This document shows positions 1-11,320 of a stretch of DNA of 45,785 bases, one piece after another (positions within the stretch are counted from its first letter, which is position 1; each line of letters opens with the position of its first letter). The position numbers were made by a program, and so were the translations under genes. The stretch is taken from NCBI GenBank assembly GCA_021783355.1, contig JAJXTZ010000002.1:1-45785 (forward strand). The letters run 5' to 3'. Origin of the DNA: a bacterium. Its GTDB lineage: Bacteria; Elusimicrobiota; Elusimicrobia; UBA1565; UBA9628. The notes beneath the pieces were generated by a model. That model searched no databases. It had not been told where the DNA came from and saw only the letters and a program-made list of their open reading frames with translations.

Positions 1-489
1 CCCGCGCCCGTCGCGGCGGCGCCCGCCGCCCCCGCGGCGCCCTCCGCCGCGCGCTCCGCCGCGAGGAGGATCCCGGTCACTTTCCTGTCGGCCGCGGCCG
101 CCGGCCCCGCGTCCGGCCCCGTCTCCGGCTACGTGACGGTCTCCGGCAGCGGCTTCCTGAACTGCTCGGGCGGACCGACCGGCGGAGGCTGGATGAACGG
201 CTGGATCAACCTGAGCGGGAACGTGCAGGTGACCACCGCGGACGGCGGGTCGGGGACGGTGCCGCTGAGCGGGTCCGCCTTCGTCAGCGGCTCCTGCCAT
301 AACGGCTCGGGGTTCGTCAGCGGCAGCGCCAACCTGAGCGGCACCGGCACGGTCTACAAGGCCGGCAAGGCGATCGGCACCGCGTCGCTGTCCGGGAGCC
401 CGTTCATCAACCAGTTCGTGAACGGCTCGTACGCCTGGATCACCCAGAGCGTGTTCGTCAACGGCCGCTTCGACGCGTTCCCGAACTGA
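1..489 (+). CDS. hypothetical Gly/Ser-rich repeat protein, 5' end outside window
   Basis: Frame 1 is open from nt 1 to the TGA at 487-489; the ORF track lists only the part from an internal start at 133. Reiterated SGS motifs (VSGSGFL, NLSGNV, PLSGSAFVSGSC, FVSGSANLSGTG, SLSGSPF). No family recognised. Confidence 0.45.
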   Translation, partial: PAPVAAAPAAPAAPSAARSAARRIPVTFLSAAAAGPASGPVSGYVTVSGSGFLNCSGGPTGGGWMNGWINLSGNVQVTTADGGSGTVPLSGSAFVSGSCHNGSGFVSGSANLSGTGTVYKAGKAIGTASLSGSPFINQFVNGSYAWITQSVFVNGRFDAFPN

Positions 490-492
490 GGG

Positions 493-1335
493 CTAGCGGC
501 CGACGGCCTTCCGGAGGAACTCCGGCAGGGCGAACGCCGCCTCGTGCATCCGCGCGTTGTACCAGCGCAGGGGCAGGCGCGCGGCCCGCACGCGCGCCGG
601 CTTGAAGTCCCGCGACGGGCGCGGTCCCTTCGACGAGTAGAGGAAGGACCAGAGCCCGCCGGGATAAGTCATGTTCGTGAACAGGTAGGGCTCGACCACG
701 GGGAAGACGGGCTTGAGGATCCGCATCAGGTTCTTGATCGTTCCGATCTCGTAGAACGGCGAGCCCGCCTGGCTGACGACGACGCCGTCCCTCGTGAGGA
801 CCCGGCGCACGTCCTTGTAAAACGCGGGGCCGAAGAGCTCCTTCGCGGGACCGAACGGCTCGGTCGAGTCCACGATCACCGCGTCGAAGCGCTCGGCGGT
901 CTCGCGCACGAAGCGCACCCCGTCGCCGATCCTGATCTCGCAGCGGCGGTCGGACAGGGCGGCCGCGGTCTTCGGGATGTACTTGCGCGACGCCGCGACG
1001 ACCAGCGGGTCGATCTCGGCCAGCACGCAGCGCTCGACGCCCTTGTGGCGCAGGACCTCGCGCACGCTGCCGCCGTCGCCGCCTCCGATCACCAGCACGC
1101 GCCGCGGGCGCGGATGCGTGAAGAGGGGGACGTGCGCGATCATCTCGTGATAGACGAACTCGTCGCGCTCCGAGACCATCGTCATCCCGTCGATCAGGAG
1201 CAGGCGCCCGTGCCCGGAAGTCTCCACGACCTCGACGGTCTGGAACGGGCTCTTCCCCTTGAACAGCCGGCGCTTCATCCGGAAGCCCGTGCGCACGATT
1301 CCTTGGTAGCTCTCGTCGGCCCAGCGCGTTCTCAT
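493..1335 (-). CDS. speE: spermidine synthase (aminopropyltransferase)
   Basis: Translation from ATG at 1335 (MRTRWADESYQGIV...) carries VLVIGGGDGGSVREVL and IVDSTEPFGPA, typical of spermidine synthases. The ATG overlaps the upstream gene's stop (ATGA, 1332-1335). The 564-aa ORF-track extension is Arg/Pro-rich and overlaps the upstream gene. Confidence 0.9.
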   Translation of the reverse strand: MRTRWADESYQGIVRTGFRMKRRLFKGKSPFQTVEVVETSGHGRLLLIDGMTMVSERDEFVYHEMIAHVPLFTHPRPRRVLVIGGGDGGSVREVLRHKGVERCVLAEIDPLVVAASRKYIPKTAAALSDRRCEIRIGDGVRFVRETAERFDAVIVDSTEPFGPAKELFGPAFYKDVRRVLTRDGVVVSQAGSPFYEIGTIKNLMRILKPVFPVVEPYLFTNMTYPGGLWSFLYSSKGPRPSRDFKPARVRAARLPLRWYNARMHEAAFALPEFLRKAVGR

Positions 1336-2270
1336 AGGACGATCTCGAAGGCCGGGGCGGCGCCCTCGACCGGCTTGAAGTGATGGTCGAAGCTCACGCG
1401 GTAGCCGCAGGAGAGGCTGTGCCGGACCGAGCGCTTGACCGGGTACGCGCACGCCACGCGCTTGCGCGCCGCCTGCGGCTGGAAGAGCACCACGTCGCAG
1501 GACTGGGGCTTGAAGAGGTCCAAGACCCGCGACACGGTGTCGCTGGCGTCGCCTTCCACGCAGTTCGTCTCGAAGCTCACGTAGGAGCCGATCTTCTGCG
1601 GGGTCACGTGGATCGTGTAATACTTGGAGCCGCGCACCGCGTTGAGCGAATAGCCCATCGGCTCGAAGAGGTGATCGTCCACCTGGAAGCCGGGAAGGAT
1701 CGACCAGACCCCGGACCCCTCCCGGATGTAGTCCCGCTTGCGGGCCGGCCCCGACATGAACACGCGCGAGGCCTGATGGTCGATGCCGTGCATCAGGATC
1801 TCGAGGGTCAGATCGTCGGCCGCCGGCTGGTAGGGCTTGTCCAGATGGAACACGAAGACGTGGTGGTCGTCGCCGTCGCCGAAGCGGAACGACTTGCCCG
1901 GCATCTCCGCGGAGAGCCGCCGCGCGTCGTCGAAGAAGTTCGCCGGCTGATACTCCTGGAACATCGCGTTCTTGCGCTCGTAGATCAGGTACTGGAAGCT
2001 GTCCCGGCCCAGGTCCGCGCACATCTTCTGCACCGCGGCGACCAGGTCCGTGCGTCCGCAGGTGATCATCGTCAGCCAGGAGTCGGTCACGAACAGGCTG
2101 GACTCGGAGAGCAGGTAAGCGTCCATCGACTCGCTGGAGAGAGCGGAGAGGATCTGGGCCCGCGACGCCGCGACCACCTCGTCCCAATACTTGCGACCGC
2201 GCGCGCGCAAAGACGGGCTTCCCGGCGCCAGCGCCAACTCCACCTTCTTCTCCGGCCCCTCGAAAAACAT
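1332..2270 (-). CDS. S-adenosylmethionine decarboxylase proenzyme, eukaryote-type (class 2)
   Basis: The 312-aa product carries FFEGPEKK, the autoprocessing motif YLLSESSLFV, ITCGRT, TLEILM, FEPMGYSLN and YTIHVTPQKIGSYVSFETN, colinear with eukaryotic AdoMetDC. GGGGAGAG lies just upstream of the ATG at 2270. Confidence 0.85.
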   Translation of the reverse strand: MFFEGPEKKVELALAPGSPSLRARGRKYWDEVVAASRAQILSALSSESMDAYLLSESSLFVTDSWLTMITCGRTDLVAAVQKMCADLGRDSFQYLIYERKNAMFQEYQPANFFDDARRLSAEMPGKSFRFGDGDDHHVFVFHLDKPYQPAADDLTLEILMHGIDHQASRVFMSGPARKRDYIREGSGVWSILPGFQVDDHLFEPMGYSLNAVRGSKYYTIHVTPQKIGSYVSFETNCVEGDASDTVSRVLDLFKPQSCDVVLFQPQAARKRVACAYPVKRSVRHSLSCGYRVSFDHHFKPVEGAAPAFEIVL

Positions 2271-2283
2271 GGCTCTCCCCGCC

Positions 2284-2724
2284 CTAGCGGCGCGCCGTCC
2301 GGCGCTTCGTCCCCGACCGCGCGGCGCGGCGGGCCACGTCCCGGTCCCGCAGGCGGCGCTCCTTCGACTTCACTTCCTGCCAGTGGCGCAGGACCTCGGC
2401 GGCCGTCTTGAAGGATCGAGAGCCGAACACGTGAGGATGGCGGCGCGTCAGCTTCAGCGCCTGGCTGCGCGCGACGTCCTCCAGCGTGAAACGGCCGTTC
2501 TCCTCGGCAATCCGGGCGTGGAGCATCACGTGGAACAGGATGTCCCCGAGCTCGTCCTCCATCTCGTGCCAGCGGCCGCGGCGCAGGGCGACCTCCAGCT
2601 CCTTGGACTCCTCGCGCAGGTACGGGATCAGGGTCCGGTGGGTCTGCTTGCGGTCCCAGGGGCACCCCCGCGGGGAGCGCAGGCGCGCGACGACCGATTT
2701 CAGCTGGTCGAGTCCGCGGGACAT
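2284..2724 (-). CDS. mazG: MazG-family nucleoside triphosphate pyrophosphohydrolase
   Basis: 146 aa from ATG at 2724. CPWDRKQTH, EESKELEVAL and EDELGDILFHVMLHA are the MazG EExxE/ExxD helix motifs. Confidence 0.85.
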   Translation of the reverse strand: MSRGLDQLKSVVARLRSPRGCPWDRKQTHRTLIPYLREESKELEVALRRGRWHEMEDELGDILFHVMLHARIAEENGRFTLEDVARSQALKLTRRHPHVFGSRSFKTAAEVLRHWQEVKSKERRLRDRDVARRAARSGTKRRTARR

Positions 2725-2726
2725 GG

Positions 2727-4028
2727 CTAGACGGCCGCGATCGTCCCGGCCCCGAAGTAGGGGACCAGGGCGCGGGGCAGGACGACGGACCCATCGGCCT
2801 GCTGGAAATTCTCCATGACGGCCGCCGCAAGGCGGCCAACCGCCACGCCGGAGCCGTTGAGCGTGTGCACGAGCTCGGGGGCGCCCTTCGCCTCGCGGCG
2901 GAAGCGCGCGGACATGCGCCGGGCCTGGAAGTCCGAGCAGTCGGAGCAGGAGGAGATCTCCCGGTACTTCCCCTCGGCGGGCATCCAGACCTCGATGTCG
3001 TAGGTCTTGCGCGAGGAGAAGCCCATGTCGCCGGTGCAGAGATGGATCGTCCGGTACGGGAGCTCCAGCGCGGCGAGCACGGACTCCGCGTCGGCGGTCA
3101 GCGTCTCGAGCGCGGCCAGGGAGTCCTCCGGCCTCGTGATCCACACCAACTCCACCTTGTCGAACTGATGGTTGCGAATGACGCCGCGCACGTCCTTGCC
3201 GTAGGAGCCGGCCTCCTGCCGGAAGCAGGGCGTGAAGGCCGTCATCTTCAGCGGCAGGCGCTCGGGCGGGAGTATCTCGTCGCGGACCATGTTCGTCAGC
3301 ACGATCTCGGAGGTGGAGATCAGGTACAGGGTCTGGGACTTCTCGCCGTCGGAGTTGACCGTCTTGTACATGTCCGCCTCGAACTTGGGCAGCTGGCCGG
3401 TGCCCTCCATGACCTCGGGACGCACGAGGTACGGGGGATGGACCTCCAGATAGCCGTTCTTGGCATGATGGTCGAGCAGGAAGTTGCCGAGGGAGCGGAT
3501 GAGCCGGGCGCCGGCGCCCTTCCAGAGGGCGAAACGCGAGCCCGACAGCTTGGCCGCGGCCGCGAAATCCAGCACGCCCAGCCTCTCGCCCAGCGTCTGG
3601 TGGTCCAGAGGCTTGAAGTCGAGCGTGCGCGGCTCTCCGCAGACGCGCACGACCGGGTTCTGAGTCTCGTCCTTGCCGACGGGGACGCCGGCGTCCGGAA
3701 GGTTCGGCAGGTCCAGCGCGGCGGCGCGCACGGCCTTCTCGGCCTCGGCCAGCGCCGCCTCCTTGCTCCCCATCTCCGCCTTCAGGCGTCCGACCTCCGC
3801 CATCAGCGCCTGGGCGCGGGCCTCGTCCTTGGACGCCTTCGCCTTCCCGATCTCCTGCGACGAGGCGTTGCGCTTGGCGCGGAGGTCCTCGACCTCCTTC
3901 AGGACCGCGCGATGGGACTCGTCGAGCTTGAGCAAGGCGTCGAGCGCCTCGGCCCAGCGCGGATGACGCGAGGTCAGCGCCGCCCTCGCGGCGGCGGGAT
4001 CTTTGCGCAGGGCGGACAGGTCGTTCAA
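2727..4028 (-). CDS. serS: seryl-tRNA synthetase
   Basis: Coiled-coil N-terminal arm followed by a class II core (GSRFALWKG, YLISTSE, TPCFRQEAGS, GSGVAVGR). Start placed at TTG 4028, preceded by GGAGG (4040-4036) with a 7-nt spacer. The longer ORF-track start has no homology-like sequence. Confidence 0.92.
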   Translation of the reverse strand: MNDLSALRKDPAAARAALTSRHPRWAEALDALLKLDESHRAVLKEVEDLRAKRNASSQEIGKAKASKDEARAQALMAEVGRLKAEMGSKEAALAEAEKAVRAAALDLPNLPDAGVPVGKDETQNPVVRVCGEPRTLDFKPLDHQTLGERLGVLDFAAAAKLSGSRFALWKGAGARLIRSLGNFLLDHHAKNGYLEVHPPYLVRPEVMEGTGQLPKFEADMYKTVNSDGEKSQTLYLISTSEIVLTNMVRDEILPPERLPLKMTAFTPCFRQEAGSYGKDVRGVIRNHQFDKVELVWITRPEDSLAALETLTADAESVLAALELPYRTIHLCTGDMGFSSRKTYDIEVWMPAEGKYREISSCSDCSDFQARRMSARFRREAKGAPELVHTLNGSGVAVGRLAAAVMENFQQADGSVVLPRALVPYFGAGTIAAV

Positions 4029-4567
4029 GGCAGGGCCTCCGAGGATTGGAACTCGAGCGTGTCCTCGACGGTCTGGATCGAGGCGGAGCCGGGGCGGGGA
4101 TCGAGCATCACCTGGAGGCGGACCCGGTCCGGCCACCAGCCCGAGCGCGCCAGGCGGCTCAGGTAGATCTGCAGGGCGGTGGCGGCCTGAAGCGGCACCT
4201 CCAGCACGCGGCCCGGTCCAATCTTGGGCACGCGGCGCTCGTCCACGAAGAAGGGGATCGCCCACGAGCCGCCGGTCGGCGCGGCGCCGGAGGACGGCTC
4301 CAAACGCGCGGTCAGGCTGTAGCGCAGAAGGAGGCCCTCCTCCGCCCTCGGCCCGGTGTTCTTGATGACCAGCCGCGCGCGCAGGCGGCTGTCCAGGCGC
4401 GGCGGTCCGTCGTCCAGGACCTTCATGTCCTGCCAGCCGGCCACGCGGCCGCGCGACATGCTGGCCACCTGCCAGTGCACGCCTTCCAGCACGACCTCCG
4501 CCGAGGCGACGGACGCCCCCGCGGCGGCCAGCGCCGCCGCCAGGAGCACGGGCGCGAAGGTCTTCAT
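4025..4567 (-). CDS. hypothetical secreted protein
   Basis: 180 aa with a clear signal peptide (MKTFAPVLLAAALAAAGASVASA). Its stop overlaps the serS start by 4 nt. No family recognised. Confidence 0.6.
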   Translation of the reverse strand: MKTFAPVLLAAALAAAGASVASAEVVLEGVHWQVASMSRGRVAGWQDMKVLDDGPPRLDSRLRARLVIKNTGPRAEEGLLLRYSLTARLEPSSGAAPTGGSWAIPFFVDERRVPKIGPGRVLEVPLQAATALQIYLSRLARSGWWPDRVRLQVMLDPRPGSASIQTVEDTLEFQSSEALP

Positions 4568-4580
4568 CTCGCCGCGGGCC

Positions 4581-7094
4581 TCACTTCTTGGCGTCGCCGG
4601 CGGCCGGCGGCTCGGGGGCCACCGGCGGCTCCACCGCGATCGGCGCGACGCGCGCGACCCGGTCTCCCTCGTCGAGACGGACCAGGCGCACGCCCTGCGT
4701 GTTGCGCGAGATCGTCTTGATGTCCTTGCAGCGCAGGCGGATCGCCTTGCCCTTCTCGGTCATCACCATCAGGTCGTCGTCGTCGGTGGCAAGCTTGACC
4801 CCGATGACGGCGCCGTTGCGCTCGTTGGCCTTGATCGTGATGATGCCGCCGCCGCCCCGGTGCTGGCCGCGGTACTCGTTGAGCTCGGTGCGCTTGCCGT
4901 GGCCGTGCTCGCAGACGGTGAGCAGGGTCTTCTTCGTGCTCGGGGGGAAGGACTCCATGCCGACCACCTGATCGCCGCCGTCCAGTCGGATGCCGCGCAC
5001 GCCGCGCGCGGAACGGCCCATCGAGCGGATGTCGGCCTCCGGGAAGCGGATCGCCATGCCGTCCTTGGTGGCGACGAGCAGTTCGTCCTTGCCGGAGGTA
5101 TGCTGCACCTCGACGAGGACGTCGCCCTCGTCGAGCGTCAGCGCGATGATGCCGGAGCGCCGGATGTTCTCGAAGTCGGACAACGGAGTCTTCTTGACCG
5201 TGCCGCCGCGCGTGGCCATCGCCAGGAAAGTCTCCTGGCCCTTCTTCTCCTCGAACGAACGAATCGCGATCGCGGAGGTCACCTTCTCCTCGCCGGTCAG
5301 GGCCAGGAGGTTGACCACGGCCTTGCCGCGGCTGGTGCGGTTTCCCTCGGGGATCTCGTAGGCCTTCAGCGCGAACACGCGGCCGCGGTTCGTGAAGAAC
5401 AGCAGGGTCGCGTGGGTGTCGGTCACGAAGAAATGCTCGATCCAGTCCTCGTCCTTGACCTCGGCGCCTGTGATGCCCTTGCCGCCGCGCCCCTGGGCCT
5501 GATAGGTGGTCGTCGGGATGCGCTTGACGTAGCCGGTGTTGGACAGGGAGATCACGACCTCTTCCTTCTGGATGAGGTCCTCAAGGGTCATCTCGGCGGC
5601 CTCGGTGGTGATCTGCGTCTGCCGGGCCTGACCGAACTGCTCCTTGACCGCCTCCAGCTCGCGCGTGATGATCTCGTAGACCTTCTTCACGTCGGCCAGG
5701 ATCGCCTTGAGATCGGCGATGCGCTTGACCAGGCCGTCGTACTCCTCCTGCAGTTCGCCGACGGACAGCTTGGTGAGGTTCGCCAGGCGCATCTCGAGAA
5801 TCGCGTTGGTCTGGGCCTTCGACAGCTCGAAGGTCTCCATCAGTTCGCCGCGCGCGGCGTCCGTGTCCTTGGAGCCGCGGATGATCTTGATCACGCGGTC
5901 GATGTTCTTGACGGCGATGATCAGGCCTTCCAGGATGTGGGCCCGGTCCAGAGCCTTGCGCAGCTGGAACTTGGTGCGCCGGGTGACGACGACGCGCCGG
6001 TGCGCGATGAAATGGCCGAGCATGTCGCGCACGCCCAGCACGCGCGGGCGTCCGTCCACCAGCGAGAGCAGGATCACGCCGAAGGTGGTCTCCATCTGCG
6101 TGTGCTTAAGTAATTGATTCAGGACGACGTTCGCGTTGCCGTCGCGCTTGACCTCGATCACCACGCGCATGCCCTTGCGGTCGGACTCGTCGCGGATGTC
6201 GGAGATGTCGGGGATCTTCTTGTCGCGCACCAGGGCCGCGATCGTCTCCAGCAGGCTCGCCTTGTTGACCTGGTACGGAAGCTCGGTGATGATGATCGCC
6301 TGGCGGTTGCCCTTGATGTCCTCGATCTCGGTCTTGGACTGGACGCGTACGGAGCCGCGGCCGGTCTCGAAGTAGTCGCGGATGCCGGCCTTGCCGCGGA
6401 CGATGCCGCCCGTCGGGAAGTCCGGACCCTTGACGATCTTCATCAGCTCCTTGTTCTCGAGCTTGGGCTCCTTGATGAGCGCCATCGCCGCCTCGCAGAT
6501 CTCGGAGAGGTTGTGCGGGGGGACGTTGGTCGCCATGCCGACCGCGATGCCGGCCGAGCCGTTGACCAGCAGGTTGGGGACCTTCGCGGGCATCACCGTG
6601 GGCTCGGTGGTGGTGCCGTCGAAGTTTGGGGAGAAGTCGACCGTGTCCTGGTCGATGTCGGCCATGACCTCCTCGGCGATCTTCGCCAGGCGGCACTCGG
6701 TGTAGCGGTAGGCGGCGGCCGGGTCTCCGTCCACGGAGCCGAAGTTGCCCTGTCCGTCGATCAGGGGATGGAGAAGGGAGAAATCCTGGACCATGCGGAC
6801 CATGGCGTCGTAGACGGCGGAGTCGCCGTGCGGGTGGTACTTCTTGAGCACCTCGCCGACCACGCCGGCGCACTTGGAGTATTTCTTGTTCGACGCCAGG
6901 CCCTCGTCGTGCATCGCGTACAGGATGCGGCGGTGGACCGGCTTCAGGCCGTCGCGGATGTCGGGCAGCGCCCGGCTGACGATGACCGACATCGAGTAGT
7001 CGAGGAACGATCCGCGCATCTCCGCGCCGAGGTCGCGCGGGATGATGTTGCCGACGGGCTCGGGAGCGGCGTCCTGCTGATCGGGCTTGCTCAT
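4581..7094 (-). CDS. gyrA: DNA gyrase subunit A
   Basis: The 837-aa product carries [49 protein letters not shown] and the AAYRYTE active-site Tyr region, followed by C-terminal beta-pinwheel repeats. Confidence 0.97.
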   Translation of the reverse strand: MSKPDQQDAAPEPVGNIIPRDLGAEMRGSFLDYSMSVIVSRALPDIRDGLKPVHRRILYAMHDEGLASNKKYSKCAGVVGEVLKKYHPHGDSAVYDAMVRMVQDFSLLHPLIDGQGNFGSVDGDPAAAYRYTECRLAKIAEEVMADIDQDTVDFSPNFDGTTTEPTVMPAKVPNLLVNGSAGIAVGMATNVPPHNLSEICEAAMALIKEPKLENKELMKIVKGPDFPTGGIVRGKAGIRDYFETGRGSVRVQSKTEIEDIKGNRQAIIITELPYQVNKASLLETIAALVRDKKIPDISDIRDESDRKGMRVVIEVKRDGNANVVLNQLLKHTQMETTFGVILLSLVDGRPRVLGVRDMLGHFIAHRRVVVTRRTKFQLRKALDRAHILEGLIIAVKNIDRVIKIIRGSKDTDAARGELMETFELSKAQTNAILEMRLANLTKLSVGELQEEYDGLVKRIADLKAILADVKKVYEIITRELEAVKEQFGQARQTQITTEAAEMTLEDLIQKEEVVISLSNTGYVKRIPTTTYQAQGRGGKGITGAEVKDEDWIEHFFVTDTHATLLFFTNRGRVFALKAYEIPEGNRTSRGKAVVNLLALTGEEKVTSAIAIRSFEEKKGQETFLAMATRGGTVKKTPLSDFENIRRSGIIALTLDEGDVLVEVQHTSGKDELLVATKDGMAIRFPEADIRSMGRSARGVRGIRLDGGDQVVGMESFPPSTKKTLLTVCEHGHGKRTELNEYRGQHRGGGGIITIKANERNGAVIGVKLATDDDDLMVMTEKGKAIRLRCKDIKTISRNTQGVRLVRLDEGDRVARVAPIAVEPPVAPEPPAAGDAKK

Positions 7095-7118
7095 GGTCTT
7101 GTCTCTCTTTCTCTCAGA

Positions 7119-9728
<2,610 letters not shown>

Positions 9729-10034
9729 CTAGCGGTAAGTCGTCCGGACCGCGACGATCCACGGCCGGCTAAAATACTTATTGAGAGCCTTCACCAGACC
9801 ACCGGCCCGCATGTGAAGCTCTTGAGCGGCGGCCGAGCTCTTCGGCCGCACGTACAGCACGCCCTTCTTCACGCCCACCAGCGTCCAATGCTTGGCGAAG
9901 GACCCACACTCCTTGTCCCACACCGAGGCCAGGATCGCCAGACGGTCCGGCCCCTGCGCCCGGCGAGTGAACGCCGCGACCAAGTCTCCCGCGTTCGCCC
10001 AGCGCCCCCGCGGGGCGTCCGGACGGCCCGTCAC
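9729..10034 (-). CDS. DUF721 / DciA-like protein
   Basis: 101 aa. The position between dnaN and gyrB and the pattern W..IVG..FA.HT....(K)G.L.V...SS....EL are typical of DUF721. The GTG start overlaps the dnaN stop (GTGA). Confidence 0.6.
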   Translation of the reverse strand: MTGRPDAPRGRWANAGDLVAAFTRRAQGPDRLAILASVWDKECGSFAKHWTLVGVKKGVLYVRPKSSAAAQELHMRAGGLVKALNKYFSRPWIVAVRTTYR

Positions 10035-11146
10035 AGCCGCATCGGCATCACGACGAAGCGATAGTCGCTCCCGTCCCCGACCGGCTCGAACAGGGCCGGG
10101 TTCACTGGACTGGTCATCGCGACCGTCATCTTGTCGGTGTCGACGTGCTTCAAAGCGTCCATCACGAACTGAGGGTTGAACGCGACCGAGAAATCCCCGC
10201 CGGAGTACTCGACGGCCAGATCCTCGGAGAATTCATTGTTCTGGCTCGACGAGGTCACGCTCAGGACCCCTTTTTTCAGCGCGTACTTGACCGAACCGCC
10301 GCGGTCCACCGCGCACAGCGACGCGCGCTTGGTGACCGCGAGAAGATCCTTCGTCGGCGCGGTGAAGATCACCTCGCGCTTGGTCGGGATCACCTGCTCG
10401 TAGTTTGGGAAGGAGCCGCCGACCAGGCGGGACAGCAGCGTTGTGCCCTTCAGTTGGAAGGTGATCTGGTTCTCCGTGACGGACACCAGCATCATCTCCT
10501 CGGCGTCCTTGACGTCCAGGAGCCCCAGCAGGCGCAGAAATTCGGAGAGGACTTTGGTCGGGACGATGACCGCGAACTCCTTGTCCTTGGGCAGTATCTT
10601 CTTCGCGCAGACGGCCAGGCGCCGCCCATCCGTGGAAACCATCTCGAGGTTTCCTTTGCGCGCGCTCCAGAACACGCCGTTGAGCACGTGGCGGGTCTCA
10701 TCCGACGAGGCCGCGAAGATCGTCTTACGCACCATCTCCCCGATCACCGCCGCCGGCAGTTCGAAGGCGCTCGCGCGGTTGAATTCAGGCAGGACCGGAT
10801 ATTCGGATTTAGGAGCGCCGACGATGCCGAAGCGGGAGCGTCCGCACTTCAAGGATATCTTTCCTCCCGCGTCCACTGACAACTCCACGTCCTTGGCGTC
10901 CGGGAGGCTGTGCAGGATGTCGGAGAACTTCTTGGCCGGGATCGTAATCGCGCCGTCGCTCTCGATCTCCGCGTTCAAGTAGTGCTTGACTCCCATCTCC
11001 AGGTCCGTGGAAATCACTTTAACCCGCTTGTCCTCCGTCTCGAGAAGGAAGTTCAGGAGGATCGGCAAAGTGGTCCGGGAGGACAGGGCCGACTGGATGG
11101 TCTGGACTCCCTGCGCCAGTTCTTCCTTGCTGATGGTTATTTTCAT
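10031..11146 (-). CDS. dnaN: DNA polymerase III beta sliding clamp
   Basis: 371 aa: MKITISKEEL...LPILLNFLLE...FNPQFVMDAL...MPMRL, typical of DnaN. GGAGAGGACGGAG lies upstream of the ATG at 11146. Confidence 0.96.
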   Translation of the reverse strand: MKITISKEELAQGVQTIQSALSSRTTLPILLNFLLETEDKRVKVISTDLEMGVKHYLNAEIESDGAITIPAKKFSDILHSLPDAKDVELSVDAGGKISLKCGRSRFGIVGAPKSEYPVLPEFNRASAFELPAAVIGEMVRKTIFAASSDETRHVLNGVFWSARKGNLEMVSTDGRRLAVCAKKILPKDKEFAVIVPTKVLSEFLRLLGLLDVKDAEEMMLVSVTENQITFQLKGTTLLSRLVGGSFPNYEQVIPTKREVIFTAPTKDLLAVTKRASLCAVDRGGSVKYALKKGVLSVTSSSQNNEFSEDLAVEYSGGDFSVAFNPQFVMDALKHVDTDKMTVAMTSPVNPALFEPVGDGSDYRFVVMPMRL

Positions 11147-11182
11147 GTCACTCCGTCCTCTCCCTCATCGAGCGGGGGATGC

Positions 11183-11301
11183 TGTGGATAACCGGGGTCG
11201 CTCCCGGAACGGCGGCGGCGGGACTTGTGGATAGCGGCGCGGGATTATCCCCGCCGTCCACAGCCGCGGATTCTATCCACGGCCGGCGAGAACCTTCCAC
11301 A
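11183..11301. promoter_or_regulatory. DnaA-box cluster in the dnaA-dnaN intergenic region
   Basis: TGTGGATAA (11183-11191, perfect complement of TTATCCACA). TGTGGATAG (11226-11234, 1 mismatch). TTATCCCCG (11245-11253), CCGTCCACA (11254-11262), CTATCCACG (11273-11281) and CCTTCCACA (11293-11301) have 2-3 mismatches but keep the TCCAC core. Confidence 0.7.
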
Positions 11302-11320
11302 GGTCGTCCCCAGGCCGCGT

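Noticed and set aside
1336-2187. N-terminal extension of the speE ORF to 564 aa, and similar extensions of serS (to 4265), hprK (from 13146), lepA (from 18419), lepB (from 21334) and the 401-aa barrel (to 33701)
   Set aside because: Each extension overlaps the conserved upstream gene and has artefact composition. Homology-consistent internal starts, often with stop/start overlaps or a Shine-Dalgarno sequence, were used instead.
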